Part shown: positions 46,799 through 56,201 of the stretch, one piece after another
Numbering within the stretch: the stretch's first letter is position 1
How the letters are laid out: each line of letters opens with the position of its first letter
Source: Geopsychrobacteraceae bacterium
GTDB lineage: Bacteria > Desulfobacterota > Desulfuromonadia > Desulfuromonadales > Geopsychrobacteraceae
Length of the DNA stretch: 64,000 nt
Assembly (NCBI GenBank): GCA_963676795.2
Contig: CAXXTB010000002.1
Span: 928,001-992,000 of the forward strand
Reading direction: 5' to 3'
Position numbers and translations under genes: made by a program
The notes under the pieces: model-generated
What the model was told of the DNA's origin: nothing
The model's input: only the letters and a program-made list of their open reading frames with translations
The model's database searches: none

Positions 46799-46860
46799 AC
46801 TCCCCATGGATGAGCATTGCTCATCCATGGGGAGTATTGCTCATCCATGGGGAGTATTGC
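46799..46860. repeat. 18-bp-arm palindrome whose right arm is tandemly duplicated (20-bp unit)
   Basis: actccccatggatgagca-t-tgctcatccatggggagt, then attgctcatccatggggagt again. Confidence 0.85.
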
Positions 46861-46887
46861 AGCAACACCTTTGTTTGTTCCATGCCA

Positions 46888-47088
46888 TCAAGCCGGGAAC
46901 CGGCTTTGCGATGGCGCGAATCGTGGCGCACAGCGCCGCGTCTGAGCGTGAAGAGAGTTGCAGCCCAAAGGCTACGCAGAACGCCAGCTACAAACTACGT
47001 CAGTGTTTTTACAGGCGCTTTCTTTTGGTTCCGTTTTCTTTGTCGCGACAAAGAAAATGAACCTGGCAGGCGGGCCGGGATCCGCCGA
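46888..47088 (+). repeat. Family-B repeat, copy 3
   Basis: Collinear with copies 1 and 2. Confidence 0.92.
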
Positions 47089-47236
47089 TTTTGCCTTTTC
47101 CAGAGTCTGAAAATTCTTAAGACCAGACAGGAGAATCCACTATCGACTCCGGGCCCGATTGTTTGTCTTTATGATTGCAATTATCAGCGGCAATCGACTA
47201 TGTTCCGTGTCTATGCACAAAAGAAGGAGTTGGCGA

Positions 47237-48436
47237 ATGGATTACGAAGCAGCGCAGCAGCTGTCCGAGACTGTCAAAGAACACGCCGAGCGCCCGAGAA
47301 ATTACGGCCCTCTTAAAAAATATAATGCCCATCATCGCTGGACCGGCCCCTGCGGCGATACCATGGAGTACTGGTTGCAGATCGAGGCGGGCAGGGTTGT
47401 CGATCTTGGTTTTATCACCGATGGCTGTGAAACTTCGATCGCCAGCGGCAGTATGACAGGGACGATGGCCGCCGGGAGGAGTGTCGAGCAGGTTATGCAG
47501 ATGGATCCTCTCGAAATTTACGAAGCTCTGGATGGCCTCCCCGACGAATTTCAGCACTGTATTTTGCTTGCCCTGACCACCGTGCAGGACGCCTGTGAGG
47601 TCTATCTGACAGAGCAGGAAGAGCTGAAGGCCAGGCAGACTGAACCGCTCAGCGAAGAGCAGCGGCTCAAGCAACGGATGGGGCAGATCCGGCACAAGAT
47701 CGCTGTCTTCTCCGGCAAGGGCGGGGTCGGCAAGAGTACCGTCGCCGTCAATCTGGCCAGCAGTCTTGCCCTGGAAGGATATAAGGTCGGTCTGCTCGAC
47801 AGCGATATCCATGGCCCCAGCGTTCCGACCATGCTCGGTCTCGAAGGGGTGCCCCTGGAAATGGATGAGGACGGGGTTTTACCGCTTGAAGTTGACGGCA
47901 TCAAGGTCATGTCGCTGGGACTGATGCTGGAGAGCCAGGACGACGCCGTGATCTGGCGCGGACCACGCAAACTGGCCGTGATCAAGCAGTTTGTCAGTGA
48001 GGTCGCCTGGGGAGAACTCGACTACCTGATCATCGATTCCCCTCCCGGGACAGGTGATGAGCCGCTGGCCGTCTGTCAGACCCTGAACGATCTGGATGGT
48101 GCGGTGATCGTCACCACGCCGCAGAAGGTCGCCGCCGTCGATGTGCGTAAATCAATCTCTTTCTGTCGCCAGTTGAATGTCCCGGTTCTCGGCGTTGTTG
48201 AGAATATGAGCGGCTATGTCTGTCCCAAGTGCGGGGATGTTACCCAGATTCTGGCCGGCGGAGCAGGGCAGCGGATCGCCGAGGATATGCAGGTTCCTTT
48301 CCTTGGTGCTGTGCCAATCGATCCGCAGGTTGCCCTGGCCGGGGACAGTGGCCAGTCTTTCGTGCGTTACTTTGCTGACAGTCCGACCGCTGCGATTCTG
48401 CGTGACCTGTTTGCTCCCCTGTTAAGGTTGGGCTGA
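47237..48436 (+). CDS. Mrp/NBP35 (ApbC) Fe-S carrier ATPase with N-terminal NifU/IscU-like domain
   Basis: GPCGDTM, DGC, QHC; SGKGGVGKS, IWRGP, DSPPGTGD, VENMS..CPKC. Confidence 0.9.
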   Translation: MDYEAAQQLSETVKEHAERPRNYGPLKKYNAHHRWTGPCGDTMEYWLQIEAGRVVDLGFITDGCETSIASGSMTGTMAAGRSVEQVMQMDPLEIYEALDGLPDEFQHCILLALTTVQDACEVYLTEQEELKARQTEPLSEEQRLKQRMGQIRHKIAVFSGKGGVGKSTVAVNLASSLALEGYKVGLLDSDIHGPSVPTMLGLEGVPLEMDEDGVLPLEVDGIKVMSLGLMLESQDDAVIWRGPRKLAVIKQFVSEVAWGELDYLIIDSPPGTGDEPLAVCQTLNDLDGAVIVTTPQKVAAVDVRKSISFCRQLNVPVLGVVENMSGYVCPKCGDVTQILAGGAGQRIAEDMQVPFLGAVPIDPQVALAGDSGQSFVRYFADSPTAAILRDLFAPLLRLG

Positions 48437-48467
48437 GTGTTTTAACCTGCTTTCATTCTGTTTTTAT

Positions 48468-48499
48468 ACGGGCATCCGTTACTCGGGTGCCCGTTTTTT
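48468..48499 (+). terminator. Intrinsic terminator
   Basis: acgggcatccg / cgggtgcccgt plus T-run. Confidence 0.8.
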
Positions 48500-48666
48500 G
48501 TTTGCCTGACTTTGCGTCATCCTTCCCCTCCTGGGCCATTTTCCCCGATTCAGACAAGAATATTGCTGCCAAATCGGATAAAAAATGAGAGATGGTGATA
48601 TACTGAATACCGGCAAAAAACAGTAGTTACCGTCATATTCTTCTCAAATGGCAAAGGAGCAATTCT

Positions 48667-50013
48667 ATGAAATCAGATGTCCTTGTTATCGGTAGCAGTG
48701 CTGCCGGTCTGGTTGCCGCAACAACAGCGAAACGCTGCTACCCCGAAAAAAAGGTTGTGGTTGTCTCACGGCAGCCCAAGACCCTGGTCCCCTGTGGTAT
48801 CCCCTATCTGTTTGGTGCACTCGCGAAGACCGATAACGATATCATGCCGGTCGACAAGATGTTTGCCGGGCTGGGGATCGAGTTGATCACCGGTGAAGTG
48901 GAGAGTGTCGACAGGGAGGCTCGTCAGGTCACCCTGGCTGACGGCAAAAACATCGCTTACGAGCGGCTGGTGCTGGGGACCGGTTCTCTGCCGCGCCAGG
49001 CGACCTTTATCGCCGGGGCTGAGCTGAAAAACGTCTTTTATGTGCCAAAGGACAAGGTCTATCTCGATGGTGTTCTGCAGCAATTGGAGAATTGTCAAAA
49101 AATTGCGGTCATCGGAGCCGGTTTTATCGGTGTAGAAGTGGCCGATGAGCTGGCCCAGAACGACAAGCAGGTGACCCTGATCGAACGGTTGCCGACCATT
49201 CTGCCGCTTGCTTTTGATGTCGACGTTGCCAGCCGGGTTGAGCAACTGCTCGCCGAGCGGGGTGTTAGCGTCCGTACTGATGTCGAGGTTGAGCATATCG
49301 GTGGCAGCTCTGCTGTCGACGGGGTCTTCCTGCGCGACGGCAGCAAGATCGAGGCGGATGCGGTGATTATGGCGGTTGGTTATCGTCCTGAAGTTCAACT
49401 GGCGCAGGATGCCGGGTTGCCCATCTCGCCGCTCGGATTCATCCGGGTTGACGAATATATGCGCACCGAAGATCCCCATATCTTCGCTGTAGGAGACTGT
49501 GCCGAAAAGCGCGACTTTGTCACCCGCAAGCCGGTCATGACCATGCTCGCCTCAACCGCCTGTGCCGAAGCGCGTATCGCAGGGATGAACCTGTTCGGCC
49601 TGTCGGCGATCAAAACCTTCAACGGGACGATCTCGATCTTTTCGACGGCAATTGGCACCACCGGGATCGGTATCGCCGGGTTGACCGAAAAGATTGCCGC
49701 AGAAGAAAACTTCATTTACGTGACCGGTGCTTTTGAAGGGATCGATCATCATCCCGGCACCCTGGCCGGGACCCACAAACAGTACGTCAAGCTGGTTGTC
49801 GGCAAGGAGTCCGGCGTCATTCTCGGTGGTGAAGTCTATGGCGGGCTGTCGGTCGGTGAGCTGATCAACACCATAGGTATCATCATCCAGAGCCGGATGA
49901 CCGTCAACGGGCTGCTGACCGCCCAGCTCGGAACCCATCCGCTGCTGACGGCATCGCCGGCAGGCTATCCGCTTGTGAAGGCCGCCGAAGATGCGGCTAT
50001 CAAGATGAGATAG
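48667..50013 (+). CDS. FAD-dependent pyridine nucleotide-disulfide oxidoreductase (CoA-disulfide reductase/NADH oxidase-like)
   Basis: Single redox Cys in VPCGIPY, GAGFIG, IFAVGDCA. Confidence 0.88.
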   Translation: MKSDVLVIGSSAAGLVAATTAKRCYPEKKVVVVSRQPKTLVPCGIPYLFGALAKTDNDIMPVDKMFAGLGIELITGEVESVDREARQVTLADGKNIAYERLVLGTGSLPRQATFIAGAELKNVFYVPKDKVYLDGVLQQLENCQKIAVIGAGFIGVEVADELAQNDKQVTLIERLPTILPLAFDVDVASRVEQLLAERGVSVRTDVEVEHIGGSSAVDGVFLRDGSKIEADAVIMAVGYRPEVQLAQDAGLPISPLGFIRVDEYMRTEDPHIFAVGDCAEKRDFVTRKPVMTMLASTACAEARIAGMNLFGLSAIKTFNGTISIFSTAIGTTGIGIAGLTEKIAAEENFIYVTGAFEGIDHHPGTLAGTHKQYVKLVVGKESGVILGGEVYGGLSVGELINTIGIIIQSRMTVNGLLTAQLGTHPLLTASPAGYPLVKAAEDAAIKMR

Positions 50014-50074
50014 GCCCACCGGTGATTCTGTTCACACAGGATTGATTTTTTTAATGATTTATTTTGATGGTTAT

Positions 50075-50102
50075 AAGCCCCAAACATCTTTGGGGCTTTT
50101 TC
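50075..50102 (+). terminator. Intrinsic terminator
   Basis: aagccccaaa-catc-tttggggctt plus T-run. Confidence 0.8.
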
Positions 50103-50317
50103 TGTCTTATGCCTGCTATGTCATATCGATTGTCCTGCTTTTCTAATGGCCGTCTGTGCTTTCGAACAGAGGGGTCTTTAAGTTGTTGAATTGTCGTTAT
50201 TTATAATGTTTCTTTTGTTGTCTTGTCATATGATCTGTGATAATTTTCGATGTTTTTGAAATGGAGAAGAGGGCTCCCGGTGGCTGTTGGTTCCTGAAAT
50301 TATTAAGTTGAGTCATT

Positions 50318-52441
50318 ATGTTATTGTCATTAAAAAGCAGGAAAAGAGCATTTGATCGCTTTAGGCAGCATCAAACGTCTGATCATATTGTACAGTGCCA
50401 AAATGAGATCCTTGCACAGCTTTCAAGAAAACTTTATGACAGTGCCGCTTTTGAAGAATTGATCGATTTTATCTATTCCCGGATGCTCTCCCATTTTCCT
50501 CTCTCCTCTCCGTTTATCGAAATAAAAATAAGCAAGCATGGTGGATGTTCCCGTTATTCTGCAGGAACTTTATCAGAGCAGCAGGGCAGTTTGCAGGGCG
50601 TCACGCAGCAGGATTTTATGCGGCGCAGTATGGCAACTGGCGATGTGCTGGTGTTTTCTCAGGGGCGGTATTTGACCCGGCAGAGGCTGGGGCAAGTGAC
50701 CGGAGTAGTCTGGATAGCGGTCCCTTTTATTCTTGAAGAGCAGGTGGTCGGCGTATTGGGAGGTTCCTGGCCTGCTCTTCGACCTCAAGAATGTGAAAAA
50801 CTGATCGATTTGATGGTGATGGTTTCCGGATTGATCTCAGTAGCCTTAAGTGCCATGGAGAGGACGCAAGGGGGCAGGGCTGGAGGCATTGAAGCCAGCC
50901 AGCAGCTACAGACCTTTTTCAATGCTATTCATGATGCTATCTTTATTCATTCTTTCCAGGAAGAGGGGTTCGGAAATATTCTCGAAGTCAATGATGTCGC
51001 CTGCAGCAGATATGGGTTCTCCAGAGATCAGTTCCTGGAGATGACGGTCGAATCTTTTAATGCGCCGGAACATATCGTGCAGCGGGGAAATCGCAAAACT
51101 CGAAAAAAACTATTGGAGCGGGGGCAGGATTTTTTTAATGCGGTCCATAGGAATAAGGATGGGGAGGAGTTTCCCGTTGAGATTAACTCGACAATCTTTG
51201 AGCAGAACGGCAGAAAGCTTATTATGTCGGTTGCGCGAGATATCTCTGAAAGAATGAACGCGCAAAAAGAGCAGAGAAAGCTTGAAGAGCGTCTTGGTCA
51301 GGCACAAAAATTGGAGGCTATCGGTACTCTCGCAGGTGGAATTGCTCACGATTTTAACAATATTTTGGCTGCAATGCTCGGGCATACTGAATTAATCAGA
51401 TTCAGGCTCGAACCTGATAGTTCTTGTCGGCCTAGTGTCGAAAGGGTACTTGAGGCGGGTGGTCGTGCAAAGGATTTGATCCAGCAGATCCTGCTTTTCA
51501 GCAGAAATGCAGAGCTGAAATGCTCAATTTTCAGGCCCGTACCTCTTGTTCGGGAGGCTATGAAAATACTGCGTTCTACCCTGCCATCGATACATGAAAT
51601 AGAACTCAATCTGGACGAACAGACCGCTGCAGTCCTGGTCAATCCGGTCCAGATGCAGCAGGTATTAATCAATCTTGTCATAAACAGCTCACAGGCTATC
51701 GGGGACAGAAGCGGTAAAATAATTATCTCCATATCTCAGAGCTTTTTCTCAGCAAGTGATCTTATCTATCATCCGCAGGCAAAAGCGGGGCATTATGTCC
51801 GTTTCTCTATTTCTGATAACGGAGCCGGAATTGATCCTGAAGTGGTTGAAAAAATATTCGAACCCTATTTCACGACCAAGAAGGTTGGCGAAGGAACCGG
51901 TCTCGGCCTCTCAATCGTCCACGGAATAGTCAAGAATTTCGGCGGTTTCATGGCCGTTTATAGCGAGCCCGGGGACGGCGCCTCAATGCATGTCTTCCTG
52001 CCGGCGGTTGATGACGAGGGGGCGGTGATTGAGGCTGCCGACGATGATTGTCTGCCGCAGGGATGTGAGCATGTTCTTTACGTTGACGATGAGTCGATGC
52101 TGACCGAACTGGGAGTGCAGATGTTGCAGGGACTGGGCTATGAGGTTGTCGCAACGAACCGGAGCGAAGAAGCCCTGGAGCTGTTCCGCCAAGCTCCAGA
52201 TCAGTTTGACATTGTCATTTCGGATCAGACGATGCCTGGTATGACGGGAATCTGTCTTGCCGAGGAACTAAAGGCGATCAGGGCGGATATCCCTGTTGTT
52301 CTCTGTACCGGTTTCAGCGCAAACCTTGGTCCGGAAAAATTGCGCAAGAGCGGAGTAGAAGAGTTGCTCGTCAAGCCTGTCTCAATGAAGGAGCTGGCTG
52401 TTACAATTCGCAGGATTCTTGGATCATTGCCAACGGCATAA
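50318..52441 (+). CDS. Hybrid sensor histidine kinase (GAF-like, PAS, HisKA, HATPase, REC)
   Basis: GGIAHDFNN, DNGAGI, GTGLGLS, YVDDE...SDQTMPGM...KP. Confidence 0.92.
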   Translation: MLLSLKSRKRAFDRFRQHQTSDHIVQCQNEILAQLSRKLYDSAAFEELIDFIYSRMLSHFPLSSPFIEIKISKHGGCSRYSAGTLSEQQGSLQGVTQQDFMRRSMATGDVLVFSQGRYLTRQRLGQVTGVVWIAVPFILEEQVVGVLGGSWPALRPQECEKLIDLMVMVSGLISVALSAMERTQGGRAGGIEASQQLQTFFNAIHDAIFIHSFQEEGFGNILEVNDVACSRYGFSRDQFLEMTVESFNAPEHIVQRGNRKTRKKLLERGQDFFNAVHRNKDGEEFPVEINSTIFEQNGRKLIMSVARDISERMNAQKEQRKLEERLGQAQKLEAIGTLAGGIAHDFNNILAAMLGHTELIRFRLEPDSSCRPSVERVLEAGGRAKDLIQQILLFSRNAELKCSIFRPVPLVREAMKILRSTLPSIHEIELNLDEQTAAVLVNPVQMQQVLINLVINSSQAIGDRSGKIIISISQSFFSASDLIYHPQAKAGHYVRFSISDNGAGIDPEVVEKIFEPYFTTKKVGEGTGLGLSIVHGIVKNFGGFMAVYSEPGDGASMHVFLPAVDDEGAVIEAADDDCLPQGCEHVLYVDDESMLTELGVQMLQGLGYEVVATNRSEEALELFRQAPDQFDIVISDQTMPGMTGICLAEELKAIRADIPVVLCTGFSANLGPEKLRKSGVEELLVKPVSMKELAVTIRRILGSLPTA

Positions 52442-52480
52442 GTATAGCTAGTGCTTGTTTCTATTATCAGACAATAGTTG

Positions 52481-52519
52481 AAAAAGGCACCAGGCTGCGA
52501 AGGCTCTGGTGCCTTTTTT
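52481..52519. terminator. Bidirectional intrinsic terminator
   Basis: aaaaaggcaccag ... ctggtgcctttttt. Confidence 0.8.
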
Positions 52520-52521
52520 GC

Positions 52522-52552
52522 AAAAAAAATGCCCCAACTGGCAGGTTGGGGC
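52522..52552 (-). terminator. Expression-platform terminator of the SAM-I riboswitch
   Basis: Minus strand gccccaac-ctgcca-gttggggc-attttttt. Confidence 0.8.
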
Positions 52553-52564
52553 TAAAAGTGCAGT

Positions 52565-52651
52565 CTTATCTCTCTGGAATTAGCACCGTTACTCCGGATG
52601 AGGCGGTTGCTGCAGTGTCACAGGGCCAGTCCCTCGACTGCTCTTGATAAG
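52565..52651 (-). ncRNA. SAM-I (S-box) riboswitch aptamer
   Basis: Minus strand CTTATCAAGAG...GAGGGACTGGCCC...GCAACC...GGTGCTAATTCC...AGATAAG; P1 cttatc/gataag. Confidence 0.93.
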
Positions 52652-52660
52652 TTATGATAA

Positions 52661-52688
52661 AAAATACCAGATAGTATTATTCTGTCAA
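52661..52688 (-). promoter_or_regulatory. sigma70 promoter of the riboswitch
   Basis: TTGACA-16 nt-TATTTT with extended TGn, just upstream of P1. Confidence 0.7.
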
Positions 52689-52970
52689 GTGAAGAATAGC
52701 TGTGAGTCGTTTTTGAAGCGCTCCGGAATTTGGACCATCTCAGCTGGTTCGAATGTCGTTAAGTGTGTTTCCTCTCCCCTGTTTAAAATTAATTATTATA
52801 CGTTTTCAGTCAGTTACCTTTTTTGATTAGCGGTCATTCCAGGGATTGTTTCCGGTTCACTTCGTTAAATATGGATTGTTTTGTCGCAAACTTATTGTTA
52901 TACGTGAATCGATTCTGGTTCTTGGCGAGAAGAGATGATTCTTTTATTTGACTGAGTCAGGGAGGCTGGT

Positions 52971-54437
52971 GTGGCAGATAACCGGGTAAAAGATTCTAAG
53001 GTTTCAACGAAGGAAAACGATGCACTTTACAAAAAAGGTCAGTTGCAGGTCCTTGAAATGGGCGACAATGTTGCTGATGGGGTGTTCGTCGTTGATCAGG
53101 ACGGTCTGATCCTTGGTGCGAACAGTCTGATCTGCGAATGGTTCAAGCTGTGTGAGTCAAAGCTGAAGGGGAAGCATATTTCGGTGACCCAGGAAGAGAT
53201 TGCCAAAGCGAATACGACAATGCTCAAGGATTTTCGCTCTGTAACGAATGTTTTCTGGGAGAAAAATACTCAAAAACGAGTTCTGATGACCTGTTCTCCC
53301 TTCTTCACTCAGGAGGGCGTTTTTCTCTGTGGTGTAACGGTACTGCGTGACTTGACCGATATTCTGGAACTCAGCTTTCAACTGAATATGATGAAAAATG
53401 AAAAGCAGATGCCGCCTGATGAACGCGACAAGCTGAAAGGACGTTACGAGAATACCCCGCTTGTCGGAGACAGTAAATATATGCTTCGCCTCAAGCACAC
53501 TGTTGAGCGTGTTGCAAAAACAGATGCAACCGTGCTGATCCAAGGCGAGACCGGAAGTGGCAAGGAGGTGGTTGCCAGGGAATTGCATCGCTGCTCCTCC
53601 CGTTTTAACAAGCCGTTTATCACCATTAATTGTGCGGCCATTCCGGAAAGTCTTTTGGAGTCAGAGCTGTTTGGCTATGTGAAGGGTGCGTTTACCAATT
53701 CAGCCAACAAAGACAAAAAAGGTCTATTTGAAGCTGCAGACGGAGGAACCCTGCTTCTTGATGAAATTGGCGATATGCCGTTGGCCCTGCAGACCAAACT
53801 GTTGCGTGTGCTGCAGGAAAAGGAAATCAGGCGTATCGGAGATACATCGAAAATTCCTGTCGATGTCAGGTTCTTGGCGGCGACAAATTGTGATCTGGTC
53901 TCAATGGTCAAAGAAAAGAAATTCCGGCAGGATCTGTACTTCAGGCTCAATGTTGTCAATATCATTATTGCTCCATTGAGAGAAAGAAAAGATGATATCG
54001 GAATGTTATCAGACAGTATTCTCCGGAAGTATAATGGCAAATATGGAAAAAAATGCAGTTTGGATATGAGGGCATTGTTCGCTCTGGAGCAACACGACTG
54101 GCCAGGCAACGTCAGAGAACTGGAAAATGTTATTGAGCGACTGGTTCTATTCGGTGATGAAGTGATCGGTTTTGACGATGTCTACGAGATTGTTAATGTC
54201 ACTAAGAAACATTTTCCTTATGAGACCTTCAATACCTCTGCCATGACCAGTTCGTTTTATGGCGACATGTCCCTGAAGGAGCAGGTTCAGGAGTTTGAGC
54301 GCCAAAAAATCTCCGAGGCCCTGCAAAAGTGCGGCAGTACCCGCAAGGCTGCCAAGCTGCTTGGGATGAGTCAGTCCAGCATCATGAGGCGGATACAGGC
54401 TTTGGAGATCAATGAAATCCAGGAACAATCAGTCTGA
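52971..54437 (+). CDS. PAS + sigma54-interacting activator
   Basis: GETGSGKE, GAFTNS variant of GAFTGA, WPGNVRELEN, C-terminal HTH. Confidence 0.92.
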   Translation: MADNRVKDSKVSTKENDALYKKGQLQVLEMGDNVADGVFVVDQDGLILGANSLICEWFKLCESKLKGKHISVTQEEIAKANTTMLKDFRSVTNVFWEKNTQKRVLMTCSPFFTQEGVFLCGVTVLRDLTDILELSFQLNMMKNEKQMPPDERDKLKGRYENTPLVGDSKYMLRLKHTVERVAKTDATVLIQGETGSGKEVVARELHRCSSRFNKPFITINCAAIPESLLESELFGYVKGAFTNSANKDKKGLFEAADGGTLLLDEIGDMPLALQTKLLRVLQEKEIRRIGDTSKIPVDVRFLAATNCDLVSMVKEKKFRQDLYFRLNVVNIIIAPLRERKDDIGMLSDSILRKYNGKYGKKCSLDMRALFALEQHDWPGNVRELENVIERLVLFGDEVIGFDDVYEIVNVTKKHFPYETFNTSAMTSSFYGDMSLKEQVQEFERQKISEALQKCGSTRKAAKLLGMSQSSIMRRIQALEINEIQEQSV

Positions 54438-54934
54438 TTCGAAATCGATTCGCTTTTTGTGGCCGATCCGGAATCGGTTTGTTTTGTATAAAGCTTAATA
54501 AAAACAGTTGTTTTTGTGTTTTTTCGAATTCTTCCATAGTGCCATCTCCCGCCAACAGTTCTTCATTATGCCGTCTTAGGACGGCATTTTTTTTTCGTAC
54601 AGCACCTGGATATTGAGTGTTTTTGTCAAGCTGTGCTCCCTTCGCCGCTCTGACCTCTTCTGTTTTGATCGATGTCATCTCGCTGGATCCTTTGTAAGTC
54701 ATCAAAACTATTAGTTTAATACCTGCTCCAGGTTCTATTTTTCCAGGCGGGAAAATCAATTATTTCTCGATTCAAAAACGGTTCAGCGTGGCGTCCGCTC
54801 GTGATGTTCAGTTTTTAAAACATCTCCCATTCATAAAATTTTGAATTTTCTTCAGTTTTTAACTATCTGTAAATACTGATAAAATAACCTTGTCATAGTC
54901 TTTTTTCTGCAAATTGAAAGCGTAAAAAAAACGT

Positions 54935-54951
54935 TTGGCCCGCTCTTTGCC
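54935..54951 (+). promoter_or_regulatory. sigma54 (-24/-12) promoter of the catabolic operon
   Basis: TTGGCCCGCTCTTTGCC, GG-N10-GC. Confidence 0.85.
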
Positions 54952-55015
54952 ATAGTCCAAAAGCAAGAAACATTCGTCGAAAACAAAAACTAGATTTGCA
55001 AAGGAGGTTCTGGCG

Positions 55016-55363
55016 ATGAGTTACAAGATCGTTCGCAAAGAGGATGCCTATGGATACGAGGCTCCATTGCATTACCAGATGAAGGCGACGCGACTCCACG
55101 ATCCTGATGATGTCAACGATGGTCGGCTGGTTATCGGGCTTTCTCATTTCCTGCCGGGGGGAGGTTGTGAATTCGGCTGCAACCAGATGGAGAGCGTTTA
55201 TTACATCATTGCCGGTCAGATGACTTTGAAGACTGAGCTGGAAGAAACCGTTTTAAATCAAGGGGATAGCTTTCATTGTGGAGCAGGAACACTGAAGGGT
55301 ATCCATAACTTTGGGACGGAGTCATGCCAAATGCTGGTTTGTCTCTTACCGCCCAAAAAATGA
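55016..55363 (+). CDS. Cupin domain protein
   Basis: SHFLPGGG, ESVYYIIAGQMT, LNQGDSFH. Confidence 0.85.
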   Translation: MSYKIVRKEDAYGYEAPLHYQMKATRLHDPDDVNDGRLVIGLSHFLPGGGCEFGCNQMESVYYIIAGQMTLKTELEETVLNQGDSFHCGAGTLKGIHNFGTESCQMLVCLLPPKK

Positions 55364-55382
55364 TTCAGGGAGGCGCTTAGCT

Positions 55383-56162
55383 ATGAAAAATTTATTTGAT
55401 TTGACAGGGAAAAAGGCCGTCGTCATCGGCGGCGGTGGCGGCATCGGCAAGGCGATTGCCGCCGGACTTGCGTCTGCTGGCGCTGAGGTTGTCATTGCTA
55501 GCCGCAATATGCAGACGCTGGAGGAGGCCTCGGCGGAAATCAAGGCTGAGACGGGTTGTTCTGTCGGTTGCCTGACCGTTGATGCATCCGATGCAGAAAG
55601 CATCCAGGCGTTGGCCGACGATTGTGTCACCAGGATGGGGACTGTCGATATCCTGGTGAATTCGCAAGGGTTTAACAAGAAGGTTCCGACGCTCGATATC
55701 CCGGTTGAAGACTGGGACGCAATGTTCAATGTCAATGTTCGTGGTGTCATGCTCGCCTGCAAGGCTTTTGGCAAGATCATGGTGGCCAAAAAATACGGCA
55801 AAATCATCAATGTCACTTCGATCCGCGGTATCCGTGCCGTCATCGGCGGTGCCGGGAACACCTGCTACAGCACCACCAAGGGCAGCGTGGATATGCTGAC
55901 CAAGAGTCTGGCTTCCGAATGGGCCAAGGATAATGTCCATGTCAACGGAATCGGTCCGGTCATCACCGAAACTCCGATGATGGTCAGTGTCTTCGAGCAA
56001 AATCCGGATTTGAAACCCAACATTCTGAAGAACATCCCTATGGGGCGAATCGGAAAAGCCGAAGATAACATCGGTCCGGCAATCTTCCTGGCATCGGAAG
56101 CCTCTGATTTTATGACCGGCCAGATCATCTACCCAGACGGTGGCAGCGCAGCCGTCGTCTAA
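55383..56162 (+). CDS. SDR oxidoreductase, probable phloroglucinol reductase
   Basis: GGGGGIG, ASRN (NADPH-type), YSTTK; context with cyclase, 3-hydroxyacid dehydrogenase and BKACE genes. Confidence 0.75.
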   Translation: MKNLFDLTGKKAVVIGGGGGIGKAIAAGLASAGAEVVIASRNMQTLEEASAEIKAETGCSVGCLTVDASDAESIQALADDCVTRMGTVDILVNSQGFNKKVPTLDIPVEDWDAMFNVNVRGVMLACKAFGKIMVAKKYGKIINVTSIRGIRAVIGGAGNTCYSTTKGSVDMLTKSLASEWAKDNVHVNGIGPVITETPMMVSVFEQNPDLKPNILKNIPMGRIGKAEDNIGPAIFLASEASDFMTGQIIYPDGGSAAVV

Positions 56163-56201
56163 TTCATAGAGGCAACATCAAACCATTAAGGAGGAAAGAA
56201 A

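Noticed and set aside
42882..48436. Nitrogen fixation cluster
   Set aside because: NifB/NifX- and NifU-like domains here accompany MinD-type and Mrp ATPases; no nifHDK genes are in the window.
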